Assembly (NCBI RefSeq): GCF_009914755.1
Contig: NC_060940.1
Length of the DNA: 64,000 nucleotides
Strand: one strand, 5' to 3'
Origin: the human T2T-CHM13v2.0 reference genome, Homo sapiens
Shown: piece after piece, positions 25,080 through 39,960 of the stretch
Numbering within the stretch: position 1 is the stretch's first letter
How the letters are laid out: each line of letters begins with the position of its first letter
Notes under the pieces: model-generated
What the model was told of the DNA's origin: nothing
Databases searched by the model: none
What the model saw: the letters and a program-made list of their open reading frames with translations, nothing else
Translations under genes and position numbers: made by a program

Positions 25080-26460
25080 ACAAATCAATCAACAGAACCA
25101 GATTCAGAGATAACCTAGGTGTTAGACTAACAGACTGGGAATTTAAAATAACTATATGGAATACTTCCATGAACAGATGGCTAGTTTCAGCAGAGAGGTA
25201 GAAACTATGAGAAAGAAGCAAATAGAAATGTTAGAAATGAAAAAAAATAGTAACAGAAATTAGAAATGCCTCTAATGGATTCATCAGTAGATCTGACACA
25301 GCTGACGAATGAATGAGTGTAGCAGAAGACAGGCCAATATAAATTACCCAACTTAAAATGAAGAAAATCAGTGAAAAAAAAACAAAACAGGGAATCAAAG
25401 AACTGTCAGATAATATCCAATGGTCCAACATATGCATAACTGGAATCCCAGAAAGAGAAGACAAAGCAGGCAGAAGAAAATATTTGAAGAGATAATGGCT
25501 GAGAATTTTCCAAAAGTAATGAAAAACATCAAGGCATACGTCCAAGAGCCTGGAAAACCCCAAGCAGGATTCAACAACAACAGCAACAACAGCAACAAAA
25601 ACATACACATTTAGACACACACTGAGAAAATATTGAAGGCAGCCAGAGGAAAAAGACATTGCATACAAAGAAAGGGATTAGAGCAGATTTTTCACTGGAA
25701 ACTATGCAAGCCAAAAAATAATGGAGTGACACCTTTAAAGTATTCAAACGAAAAAAATCTTTGCAGAATTCTATATCCAGAAAAAACACTGTTCAAAAAA
25801 TACAGGGAAAAATGTTTTCAGATGAACAATAGAGAGAATTTATACTTACATACTTGTGCTACCAAAAATGTAAAAGGAAATTCTCTACGCAAAAGGTATA
25901 TGATACAGGATAAAAACTTTGATATTTATCAAAGAAGTGAAGCTCTACATATAGCTTTAAAATAAAGGTAATGTAGGCTATTTTTCCTATATTTAATTAC
26001 TGTTTAAAACAAAAATAGCACCAATGAACTGTGGATTTAGAGCATACGTAAGAATAAAATATACAACAAAAATAATATGAAAGATGAGAGACAGGTATTT
26101 GAAGCACACTTTTGTAAGATTCTTACACTCTGTGTAATTGGTATTGTCTGAAGGTATAAGGTGATTAATGTATATTGTATGTATATTGTATACCCAGGAA
26201 AACCAATAAATAATTTTAAAAGGAGACATGAATAATAACACAATAGAGGAGATAACATGAAATCATAAATACTCGCTACACGAGCAAGCAGACAGAAGAA
26301 GAACAAAGACACAGGAACAAATGAAAAAGTACTGCAGAAGTGACAGATTTTAATCCAACCGTATCAATAACTATACTACACAAAAATGATGTAAACACAC
26401 CAATTAAAAATGATTTTCAGATTGGATTAAAGAAAACACAAAACGCAACCTAACGCTGCG
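25080..26460 (+). mobile_element. Old L1M element, ORF1/inter-ORF region
   Basis: A-rich strand; decayed L1 ORF1-like peptides (KKIFEEIMAENFPK, KAARGKR, RILYPEK). Confidence 0.75.
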
Positions 26461-26611
26461 TCGTAGTTAGTCCAAATTCACGTTTCAGTGTTTGACTCCT
26501 GGTGGCTTTTAAGCCTCAGCCTTCCCTTGTCCCCTCTTGCTGACACCTGGAAAGCTGATAAGAAAGCCTGGGTGCTTCCTCCTTTGTTGCTGGAGGAAAA
26601 TTCAAAGCTTA

Positions 26612-28313
<1,702 letters not shown>

Positions 28314-28464
28314 TAAGCTTTGAATTTTCCTCCAGCAACAAAGGAGGAAGCACCCAGGCTTTCTTATCAGCTTTCCAGGTGTCAGCAAGAGGGGACAAGG
28401 GAAGGCTGAGGCTTAAAAGCCACCAGGAGTCAAACACTGAAACGTGAATTTGGACTAACTACGA

Positions 28465-29845
28465 CGCAGCGTTAGGTTGCGTTTTGTGTTTTCTTTAATC
28501 CAATCTGAAAATCATTTTTAATTGGTGTGTTTACATCATTTTTGTGTAGTATAGTTATTGATACGGTTGGATTAAAATCTGTCACTTCTGCAGTACTTTT
28601 TCATTTGTTCCTGTGTCTTTGTTCTTCTTCTGTCTGCTTGCTCGTGTAGCGAGTATTTATGATTTCATGTTATCTCCTCTATTGTGTTATTATTCATGTC
28701 TCCTTTTAAAATTATTTATTGGTTTTCCTGGGTATACAATATACATACAATATACATTAATCACCTTATACCTTCAGACAATACCAATTACACAGAGTGT
28801 AAGAATCTTACAAAAGTGTGCTTCAAATACCTGTCTCTCATCTTTCATATTATTTTTGTTGTATATTTTATTCTTACGTATGCTCTAAATCCACAGTTCA
28901 TTGGTGCTATTTTTGTTTTAAACAGTAATTAAATATAGGAAAAATAGCCTACATTACCTTTATTTTAAAGCTATATGTAGAGCTTCACTTCTTTGATAAA
29001 TATCAAAGTTTTTATCCTGTATCATATACCTTTTGCGTAGAGAATTTCCTTTTACATTTTTGGTAGCACAAGTATGTAAGTATAAATTCTCTCTATTGTT
29101 CATCTGAAAACATTTTTCCCTGTATTTTTTGAACAGTGTTTTTTCTGGATATAGAATTCTGCAAAGATTTTTTTCGTTTGAATACTTTAAAGGTGTCACT
29201 CCATTATTTTTTGGCTTGCATAGTTTCCAGTGAAAAATCTGCTCTAATCCCTTTCTTTGTATGCAATGTCTTTTTCCTCTGGCTGCCTTCAATATTTTCT
29301 CAGTGTGTGTCTAAATGTGTATGTTTTTGTTGCTGTTGTTGCTGTTGTTGTTGAATCCTGCTTGGGGTTTTCCAGGCTCTTGGACGTATGCCTTGATGTT
29401 TTTCATTACTTTTGGAAAATTCTCAGCCATTATCTCTTCAAATATTTTCTTCTGCCTGCTTTGTCTTCTCTTTCTGGGATTCCAGTTATGCATATGTTGG
29501 ACCATTGGATATTATCTGACAGTTCTTTGATTCCCTGTTTTGTTTTTTTTTCACTGATTTTCTTCATTTTAAGTTGGGTAATTTATATTGGCCTGTCTTC
29601 TGCTACACTCATTCATTCGTCAGCTGTGTCAGATCTACTGATGAATCCATTAGAGGCATTTCTAATTTCTGTTACTATTTTTTTTCATTTCTAACATTTC
29701 TATTTGCTTCTTTCTCATAGTTTCTACCTCTCTGCTGAAACTAGCCATCTGTTCATGGAAGTATTCCATATAGTTATTTTAAATTCCCAGTCTGTTAGTC
29801 TAACACCTAGGTTATCTCTGAATCTGGTTCTGTTGATTGATTTGT
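28465..29845 (-). mobile_element. Old L1M element (mirror copy)
   Basis: Mirror of 25080-26460. Confidence 0.75.
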
Positions 29846-31815
29846 CTGTCTGTCTCTCTCTCTCTCTCTCACTCTAAGCGATGCTATTTCACCATAATAC
29901 CATGACTAGAGTGCAGGTGGTTATTCATAGGTGCAATTACAGTGCACTACAGCCTTGAACTCACAGGTTCAAGCAATCCTCCTGCATCAGCCTCCTAAGT
30001 AGCTGGGACTACAGGCATGCACCACTGTGCCCAACTGCTTTGTCTCTTGTTCATAGGTGTTGCTTCCTTTATAAGGTTTGCAATTTTGAATTCAATACTT
30101 GACATCATGGGTAAGTGAGTTGAAACTGAAGTAAGTAGTATCCGTGACAGGAAGTGGACATATCTTTTCTTCTGCTGCTAGACTGATTTTGTGTGTACAT
30201 GCATGCGTGTGTGTGTGTGTGCGTGTGTATTTCGAGTGTGGTGATCGGGGAATAGTTTTGTTGTTGCTATGGCTATCATCAATGCACCATCTGCTTCAAA
30301 TGCTTCCAGTGCTACCTTGTGCTGGTTCTGGTGTGCTTGTGTAAAGGCCGGTTTTCTGAACGATTTTCCTAATGTCTTGTTCCACTCTCAGCTTTAGGCC
30401 TGTCCTGTGCACCTGCTTTTACAAGAGGGTTGATCTGCATGCTTTGCTCTCTCTCCCAGCAGCAGATTTCTGTTACCTGGGACTGGCTAACTCCATGGTA
30501 GCAGCCAGGAGTGCCTGCTCTTGTCGTGGTCCAGCCTCAACCTTAGGCAGGACCTTCATTTCTTGCTGTTGGAGATGGAGGTTTGTCAGAGATACTGACC
30601 ATCCCCAGCAGTAAAAGACCGATAATCTGGGCCCAAGATGACTCCCTGTCCCTCTCCAAGGGGTATAGAGTTTTAAAAGGTTCCTTATCTTCAACCTCAA
30701 TATGTCTCTACCAGTACCTTGAGGAGGACAAGATTTCCTGGCCATTCCGCAATGATTGAAGGATTTTGTTCTTTAGGGGTGAAGGGTGTCAGCAGGGCTC
30801 ATGCCTGCATTCCTGAAGGCAGACTTTCTCCAGTCTCACTGTCTACCCCAATCTTTCTCATGGGCCCTGATAAATACCCATGGAGTAGAGTCTGTGATGG
30901 GAGTCAACTCCCCATGGGTCCATGGTTCCCAGAGGTTTTATACTCTCACAGTGGCCCACCCTTGGCCTTCAGCACTGAATAAAATTCATAGAGTATTTCT
31001 GCTCATTATGGTCACGCCGTCTCCTGCCTGCAGGTGAGAAGTAAGCCAGTGTTCACATCCCACCACTCCCCCAGGTGCTTGTCTTCCCTTCGATTTCGAG
31101 GGAACCATGTGCCTTGCAACTTCAGCTCTTTGGTGCAGGAAAAGTTATGATTTTGAGGACAATCCGGCTTCCTCTTGCTGATAAGGCGGGAATGACATGC
31201 TTTAGAGCTTTCTACGTACTAACAGAATCCAGAAATCACCCATGGGATTCTGAAAGACACAGTTTAGGATGACCCTCTGGAGAAGAATGGACCACCTCCA
31301 AGGTGGTCACTGCCCACACCAGAAGTGGTCCAGGCTACAGAAGGAGTTTCGACCAGTTGGTGGAAGAGACAACCTCATGGAGGGGTATGGGAGGCTAGTG
31401 TACATACTCAGAAAGGTGTTGCAGGCCTGTGCAATGGTCAGTAAGTGCCATGCAACAGTGCCACGGGATCACCTCAGCACGTCTCCCTCTTCCCTGATCC
31501 AGACTCATTCTCAGCCTGGGCCACTTCCATTTCCATGGGCAACTCCAAATAGAGGGTAGGGATCCTGCACTCTGGCCACCCCAACTCGTATTGTTGGAAA
31601 TTGTTGGGGGCCCAGAAAGGTGCATCAGGCCCAGAGCTCCCCTGAGCACCGTCCATGACCCAGCCCTCTGGACTCTGCTCATCCTGAGACCAGGCCATCC
31701 CCAGCAAAGCCACCTTCCTTCTCACGTCGCCTCTTTCATCACCGTTCTGTCTCTGAGGACAAAGTATTAATCTCCAGTACAAGACACAAGCACCAATTTG
31801 GCCTTCAAAAGATCC

Positions 31816-31821
31816 TTTATT
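31816..31821 (-). terminator. CES1: Polyadenylation signal AATAAA of - strand copy
   Basis: tttatt on + strand; mirror of 23102-23107. Confidence 0.85.
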
Positions 31822-31994
31822 CCCAAAGCTGAGGTCACAAATACAAAACTTGCTCCTTCATGGCCTCTGTCCCCTGCCCCCCACCACCAGACAATTCCCC
31901 AGCCATGGTAAGATGCCTTCTGAACCTGCAATCCCTTTCGCAAAAGACCCCAGTCTTTGCTCCTCCAGGCTCCCAAGGCCGGCTGGATCTTCAT

Positions 31995-32178
31995 TCACAG
32001 CTCTATGTGTTCTGTCTGGGGTGGCTTCTCCACTGCCTTCTTGGCAAAGAGGTTGGTCCAGAAAGCTACTTCTTTGTCCTTCAGCTTCTGGGCCGCCTGG
32101 GTGTTGGCACCAATCTGCAGATACCCTTCCTTCTGGTTGTACTCTGGCCAGTGGGGCAGCCCTTCCCCATTGGGGTTT
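31995..32178 (-). CDS. CES1: Carboxylesterase 1 exon 14, coding part (HIEL*)
   Basis: Mirror of 22745-22928; ORF track 31995..32231. Confidence 0.95.
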
Positions 32179-32474
32179 CTGGAAACAGAATCAATTAGAA
32201 TTGCCCCAAAGCTGCTGTGTGTTCCCAACAATCTTCAGAGATGTGTGAGGATGCCCAAGTTATCTCTGTCAAGAGGCTTGTATACCTCCAGAGATGGAGA
32301 GCTCACTATCTCCAGGGGCGGCCTCTCCGTTTGCAGAGAGCTCTCATTATCAGAGTGCTATGGTCACAGGGTCAGAAGTTTGATCACTAGAACCTTAGAA
32401 GCTGCCCCTTCCCAATAGGCATGCCCCGCCCCCCACCCTCACCAGCCGTGCTCTGTCTTTGCCACCAGCCTCAC

Positions 32475-32547
32475 CCATTGCGAGCAAAGTTGGCCCAGAA
32501 TTTCATCACCATCTTGCTAAGTCTGATCTCCTCTTCTGAGGCACCCT
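32475..32547 (-). CDS. CES1: Carboxylesterase 1 exon 13
   Basis: Mirror of 22376-22448. Confidence 0.95.
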
Positions 32548-33092
32548 CTGTGGGGAAGAAGAAAAAAAGCCTTTGTTACTCAAAGTGTGGTCCGTGGACT
32601 GCAGCGTCAACATCACATGCGAGTCTGCTGGAAACATAGTCTTGGCACATGCCCCACACCCACTGAGCTGAGGTCTGCACTTTTAGAAGATCGTGGTGGA
32701 TTTGTGTGTACTTTACCTTTCAGCATATCTGACCTAGGGCTCAGCAATGGGCATGCGTCATTCCATTGGCTGGCTGCCTTTGTCTCCTGTGACCCTCGCC
32801 TGCCTCCTCCCCGCTCAGGGTCACAGGAAATGCCCCACCCCAGGGTTTCCTCTACAGCAACCCCACTTTCCAGGGTTGCTCTCTCTTGGGTCTTTTCTCC
32901 CTCCCCAGCACACACCCACAATTCACATTCTGAAAAACAACAGAGCCGCAAGGCGCCTAAGCATGCACAGTGAGATGCCCAGAGGCGCTGGTGCGTTCTG
33001 AGCAGCCATGGGGTGAGTCCCATCTGATCTGTAACTGCTGAGAGTTAAGACTTAGAAGACACCGTGAAAGGATTTTTTAAACTATTGTATAA

Positions 33093-34680
33093 TGTAAACT
33101 AAAAATAAAATCCTGACACCCCCAACTGACTGAACAGACCCTCTCTGGGCTAAGGGGAGCCTCGAAAAACCTTCAACTCTGTTCCTGCCTGGGAACGGAC
33201 AGGAGGTCAGACACGCCTCATAATACTCCCTCCCTTTTGTGATTTAGACACCACCGGACCAGCATCAGCAATAAAATGAAGGTCATCATTCTGACAGAAC
33301 ACACTCTTTGTGGCAATAAGACACCAAATTAAAAACGAGACCTAAGGCCACGTCGGGCAAGGGTTCAGGCCTGCATCTCTAAAAAGTCAGGAAACAACAG
33401 GTGCTGGAGAGGATGTGGAGAAATAGGAACACTTTTACACTGTTGGTGGGACTGTAAACTAGTTCAACCATTGTGGAAGTCAGTGTGGCGATTCCTCAGG
33501 GATCTAGAACTAGAAATACCATTTGACCCAGCCATCCCATTACTGGGTATATACCCAAATGACTATAAATCATGCTGCTATAAAGACACATGCACACGTA
33601 TGTTTATTGCGGCATTATTCACAATAGCAAAGACTTGGAACCAACCCAAATGTCCAACAATGATAGACTGGATTAAGAAAATGTGGCACATATACACCGT
33701 GGAATACTATGCAGCCATAAAAAATGATGAGTTCATGTCCTTTGTAGGGACATGGATGAAATTGGAAACCATCATTCTCAGTAAACTATCGCAAGAACAA
33801 AAAACCAAACACCGCATATTCTCACTCATAGGTGGGAATTGAACAATGAGATCACATGGACACAGGAAGGGGAATATCACACTCTGGGGACTGTGGTGGG
33901 GTGGGGGGAGGGGGGAGGGATAGCACTGGGAGATATACCTAATGCTAGATGACGAGTTAGTGGGTGCAGCGCACCAGCACGGCACATGTATACATATGTA
34001 ACTAACCTGCACAATGTGCACATGTACCCTAAAACTTAAAGTATAATAATAAAAAAAAAAAAGAATCCACTTTGTTCTCACTGCCACGAGGTGCTTCTCT
34101 TTCTCTAGCAGCTAAACCAGCACTGGCCTGGAGCTAAGCAAAAGGAAAACAATAACAACGGCTGCAGCTGGGATACGCAGACAAACAGAACCCTGACTTG
34201 CCAGACTTAACTACTGCTTTGATTGCATAAGAGACTGATTTCAGTAACTTTCTCCAGATAAGAACATCACCAGCCATGGACTGGACCTGGCCGGTGTACA
34301 GAAGCTCCTCACTTGCTGAGCTTCGTGTCCTGAGAAGACCTTTGGACTTACAGGCCCTAATTGTAATACATTTAAATATTAGGTCTCCACCACCAGGTGA
34401 ACATGGGCCATGTTACATACATGTTTGTTTAATACACATGTGTCAGGACTGTCTTCATGAATATCCATTGCTCCCCCTGTAACCTGTTGAACATGTATGT
34501 TTAGCCAATCCGTTCACATAAAGCTCCTACCCAACCCCTCCTCCAATGAGCCCGTTTCTGGGCTTGGCCAGAGGCACCTTCCCAGCCTGTGGGATGGCCA
34601 CCTTGCTGACTATAAACCATATAAAAAATATTCTCTTCTCCTGTTCCAAATTCATACATCCTGTGAATTCTAAATCAACA
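33093..34680 (+). mobile_element. ERV1 MER4-group solo LTR (mirror copy)
   Basis: tgtaaactaaaaataaaatcc...tcaaca. Confidence 0.6.
33381..34062 (+). mobile_element. 5'-truncated L1PA2-like element (mirror copy)
   Basis: aaaaagtcaggaaacaacaggtgctggagagg...gtataataataaaaaaaaaaaa; ORF 33471..33842. Confidence 0.92.
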
Positions 34681-35278
34681 ATTATTAAATGTACTAAATG
34701 TAAAGGTTTATGAGTTTTTGTTAGAGACAGACAGAAAGACAAACAGGCACACATTAGACCTGACTTAGGGTTAACACCAATTCTAATCTCACCCTCACTC
34801 ACTGTCTCAGCGCTCCTGGGAGAGGGAAATTGATTGGTGGCTTCTCAACCTAGAGCAGGGCCCCGCATGTGTCCCACCGCCTATCTTGTTGATGACACAG
34901 CCCAGGATTCTGAGTGTCTGTGGCAGAGGGTACATGATACACATCCTCCCTCAGGTGTGTTAGAGCGGGAGGAAGCCGGGGAACAACCCAGTGACATTCA
35001 ACCCTGTCATAGTGAATCCTGCAGGAGACCCCCACCACCACCTGTCTTGATGTCACACAGCAGGATTCTGAGCGTCTGTGCAGAGGGCACATGAATACAC
35101 ATCCCTCCTCACATGTGTTAGAGTGGGAGGAAGCCGGCGGACAACCCAGTGACATTCAACCCTGTTATACAGAATCAGGAAACTAAGACCAGGAGAGGAC
35201 AAAATTGCTGAAGGCCACCACACCAAGACTGGAACCCAAGTCTCTAACTCCTAGCTCACAGACAGGAAGGAGCATTAC

Positions 35279-35410
35279 CTTTTAAAAATGGGGCCCCAAA
35301 GACGGAGAAGAGCTCATCCCCGTGGTCTCCTATCACCGTCTTGGGTTTCATGTCTGATGAGAAGCTTGGACGGTACTGAAACTCATACATGTAGGTGGGT
35401 GCTCCAGCAT
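35279..35410 (-). CDS. CES1: Carboxylesterase 1 exon 12 (catalytic His)
   Basis: Mirror of 19513-19644; GDHGDEL. Confidence 0.95.
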
Positions 35411-38400
35411 CTGAGAAGACAAGGATTCATGCACAGTTCATGTTGCCAGACACACACCTGGAGGCTACCAAGGTCTCCAGCTCTGCAGCAAACCTCTGGC
35501 TGTCAGCACAGTAGAGAAACAGAGTCTCAGGAAAGCTCAGTGATGTGCTCCGGGCTGCATAGCTGTCTGAGGTGGAAGCGGAATTAGAGCCAAATATTTG
35601 TTCAATGAACAAATGTTTAATGAATGAATGTGGAAACCCTGGGTCAATTCATTTAAAACAGCTGCCGGTGCAGGGACCCTGACTCTGCCTCGTAAACCCC
35701 TTTGCCTGCTGGTGCATTCTCACACAAGACAATCTCTCTACATCTGGTTACACCGGATATAATTCATTGATAACAGACTCGCGTTCATTCACTTGGATGC
35801 CATCTCCACCATGACAGGTGTCTTCTGTTCTGCCTCGTTTTGAGCATTTCCAGTGTTTTTCTCACCCATCCTGAGAAGACTGAAGCAAATCCAAGTTGCT
35901 TGTCTGAACATGAGGCTATTTAAATACAAACATATGCAGAGAGGGAACAATCTGCCTCTTGTGTCTCAGGAACCTGCGGCACTCACTGCTTTATAGCTCA
36001 CTGTCCCCATGTGTCTTGCTGCCTGCCTGGCCTGGGAGTGTTAGGGTGTTAAGGCAGTAAAGCCCTGGCAGAGAAAAGAAGGCGCTGAGCAAGGGTGACC
36101 TTGCCTCTCCCCTGCCCTCTCTCCTTCGGCTCTGCCCTCCTCTCCCACCAACAAAGCTCTCCTGTCCCAGCCCCAGGAAGATGCCAGTTTCCCAATGATT
36201 GGCTCATTGGAGCCACAGATCGCTGCCCCTTCAGGGCTACCTCGTGGGCCGCCTGGCCCTGTGCCTCAGCACTTTGCACTGGTCATGATACCCACTGAGA
36301 AGTGACACTAAGACGGAAAGAGTCAGGGCAATGCCAGGCTGGTGGAGAAAATTTACAATGTCCTCCCCTTTGGGTACAGTAAGAAATTTGGAAAATAAAA
36401 ACAATTAGGAATAATTAGAAGAAACAAAAATATGGAAACGCATAAAGCAAAACTAGATATCACTCATAATTCCACTACCTGAGGCAAGGGCCATGCATTT
36501 TTTGTATTTCCTTCTAAAATTTTTCCATATCCTATATAATTTAAAAATCAATTTTAACAATCAAATTTAAAGTATCACTCATAACTCTACCACTCAGAGA
36601 ATGCTTCTTTTTTATTTTAGCATATCTCTCTTTTATGTATTTAACTGGGGATGATATTATATATGGTATTTTGTAGTACACTGTAATCACTTCCCTTTTA
36701 AATTGTTTTGTAGAGACAGGGTCTCACTATGCTGCCCAGGCTGATCTTGAAATCCTAGGCTCTCATAATCCTCCCACCTCAGCCTCCCAAAATGCTGAGA
36801 GTGTTGGCAAGAGCCACCGCCTCCAGCCATCATTTCTTAACATCATTAAAAATTCGTTCACAAAAGGATTTAACAATGGGAGCTCACGCATCCCTAACCT
36901 CATGCCCCACCCGCACATGTCATTTCAATGTGAGAATGAAGAATAATCTATTCACTCATCTTTGTCAGCCTCCTGCACTGCACCCTCGGCTCAGCAGGAA
37001 GCGCACCTGGGAAGATGCCATCCTTCTGTGGCTCTGTAATCCACCTGTTAAATGGCTGCTTCAAGGTCAAACAAAACTTGCTAAAAGGAGGGTTTGACCT
37101 TGCCTTTGCCCCTCGAACATTTTCCAAAGAAACTCAGAGCCAACCATAGAAGAAAGAGCTTTTGTGAATGATAGAACTTATTATAGGCAGCATGCTGCCC
37201 AAAACGTACTTTGTAAAACTCTTTGGCTAAAGCCATTGATATTTATACAATTCTTACAATCACAACACAAGTCTTCAGAGGAAAGTAGCGCACAGATTTG
37301 GGTAATGACAATTAGACATAATAAGAGAAGCAGAGACAATGAGAGGGCTAGTCATGGAGGACATGCAGATTAAAACAGGCTGATGTGCTTCTTGTTGGTG
37401 GGGAAGGCTTATGAAACTGGAAGTGTTATGCTAATTTTTAATCTTAGCATCCCAAATGAGAAAGAGAATTAAGAAATCCACATTCTTATGCAGTGGAATG
37501 CAATTTTACAATATTTGCCCAAAGTTCTAAAACATTTGCATTGTCCAACCTAGTTATTTACTTCTAAAAATAATCCTAAGAAAATTATTAGACATGTGTT
37601 TAGAGACTTATGAACATTAGGCTGAGCTCAATGTTATTGTAGCATCAGAATGTGAGTAGCCAGGCTAAACATCTAATAGGATATGAATATTAAAGTCTAT
37701 TTAACACAGCCATTTCATGGAATAAGGAATGCTTTGATGAGTTTGTATCAACATTGAGAAAATCCTCACAACATAGTGTTCTATGAACAAAAGTAAAATA
37801 TAAAATTGATTTTTAAAGTATATAGGACATGGAAAATCTTTAGACGAAAACACAAAAAATTTATAGCACTTGCCTCCAGGTAGTGGAAATGAGTGATACA
37901 TAGTTTCTTCTTTTTGTGTTTCCATATTTTTGAAAGTTTCTATAATTTAACATATTAATTTTATATTCAGAAATGTTATTTTATCAAAAAGAGTGAGACA
38001 ACAATAAGTGAAAGTAGATAAAATCTGTGTAGTCCTGGCAAAAAAAAAAAAAAAAAAAAAAGCCCTGAACTTAAAGTCATGGGAAACCAGATGAAAAACA
38101 TAAGTTCAGTATTGCTCAAACCATCAGAAAATGGAGATGGGAACTCTATATATAGTTCAGACGCAGAGCATAGGGCAAGGGCAAGTTTAAGAAAGAACAG
38201 ATTCAACTCCAGTGGTCTTGGTTAAAGGTTTTTATCAGGACCCTGTGAAGAAATGAGGGTTATGAGCACCTGCCCCTTCCTGTGCAAAGGTGTGTCAGGG
38301 CACCTGCTAGTTAAGCGTTAGCTAGTTTTTATCATGCTTATGAAGTTCTAAATTTAAAAACCCTTCCAGCATGGTTAGAGAGAGGACATTTCCTAGCTTG

Positions 38401-39466
38401 CAGACTAGGCGAATGAGAGCTGGAAGAAAAGGAATCCTGTGAATCTCCTCTAGCTGGCACGCAGGAACAGACACTCCTCTCTAGGTGAGCACACACATCC
38501 CTAACGTCATGCCCCACCCACACAGCCTTGGGTCAGTGGTAGCAGGTCCTGCATAGACCCTGCCCTTGCCCTGTGCTTGCATGCTACTGCACGCACTGAG
38601 ATGCATAAAAACCACCCTCAGACACTGCCATTCTACAGACCACCTCTCCCACACCCGCCCTGGCTCCTCTCTCTGGCCTTCTTGGTCCTGGACAATCCTC
38701 TGGATCCCATGCAGGGCTCCCACTTTTTATCCAGCTCCAATACTTAACAAACTTGTTTGCAGCTGGCTCAGACCTTAAAACCCTTCCACGACTCATCTTT
38801 CAATATTTGTCCTACAGCAGCCCTATGTCCCACAATAACTCCAGGCATGGAGCCCTTGCAGCAGATGCTGCCAGGGTCTCACCTATATCCCCTCTTCCTG
38901 GGCATGCCAGCCTGACTTCCACCTCCAGCATCTGCAGCTCCAGGCCTGAGGCCTTTGTCTGGTCACAAGAGACTACTCTGCCCTTGTGTGCAGCAGGTCG
39001 AAGTCACAGGGAATAAACAATTCCTTGCAAGAGCCTTCAACCAATGACAAGTAGAAGCTGGTGAATAAATACCCGGCTCCCTTGCCACTCAGATGGGATG
39101 CCCCTGAGCCCTGTATTCTTGGTGTTTCCTTGAGTTTCCCCGCTCCAGTTGTCCACAGTGGATACTCCCTTGACAACGCATCTTGGATTGGATTCCATCT
39201 CTTTCCTCTCTCACTTCCCCACCTCCCTACTGCTGTTATCTGGGATCATCACCTTAAAAAAACCACTTGCCTCTGGATTTTTTTTTCTCACAGTCTTCTG
39301 CTGGCATAAACCAAAATAAGACAGCACCTCATCCCATGCCATATGGAATCAGCCTTTGAGGCCTGACCCTCAGCTGTTTCCATGTCTGTCTATGCTGGGA
39401 GGTAGGTGGGTCAGATACAGAAGCTCGTGGGGTTTGTGTCCCTCCCGTTCGACCTCTGGGACTCAC

Positions 39467-39614
39467 CTCTGTGGTTCCGGGCCACAATCACAGATGGGAC
39501 ACCAAACATCACATCTGCTATCAAGTCCAGGAACAGGTCTTTCTTTTTGACAGTGTCGTCTGTTCCTCCTAAGTATTTCTCAGTGGCTTCTGGAATCAGT
39601 TCCTTAGCAATGCA
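39467..39614 (-). CDS. CES1: Carboxylesterase 1 exon 11
   Basis: Mirror of 15306-15453. Confidence 0.95.
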
Positions 39615-39876
39615 CTGAAATAGATCAAAAAGTGACCACCAGCCCCGGGTGAGCGATGCAGCTTCTCCAGCCCACCAGAAAGTCCTGCCTCAATGGTGAA
39701 CCCCATAAGCCCTGTGCAACTCCCCGCTAGGGTGGAAAATGAAGTGGGAAAGGTGGAAAGATGGGGGAAACCCTGAGGCCCCAGTCTTCATTCTGCCATT
39801 TAATTGCTCTATGATTTGGGCAAGTCCTTGTCCCTCTCTGGGTCTCAGCCAATTCCCATGATTCCTAGACTCTTAC

Positions 39877-39960
39877 AACAAGGGGATAGGACTTCCACAG
39901 GAGTGACATGGCTGTCTTCTGGTCCAGTTGCCCTTCGGAGAGTGGATAGCTCATCAACTG
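39877..39960 (-). CDS. CES1: Carboxylesterase 1 exon 10
   Basis: Mirror of 14960-15043; TAGCAG tandem acceptor. Confidence 0.95.
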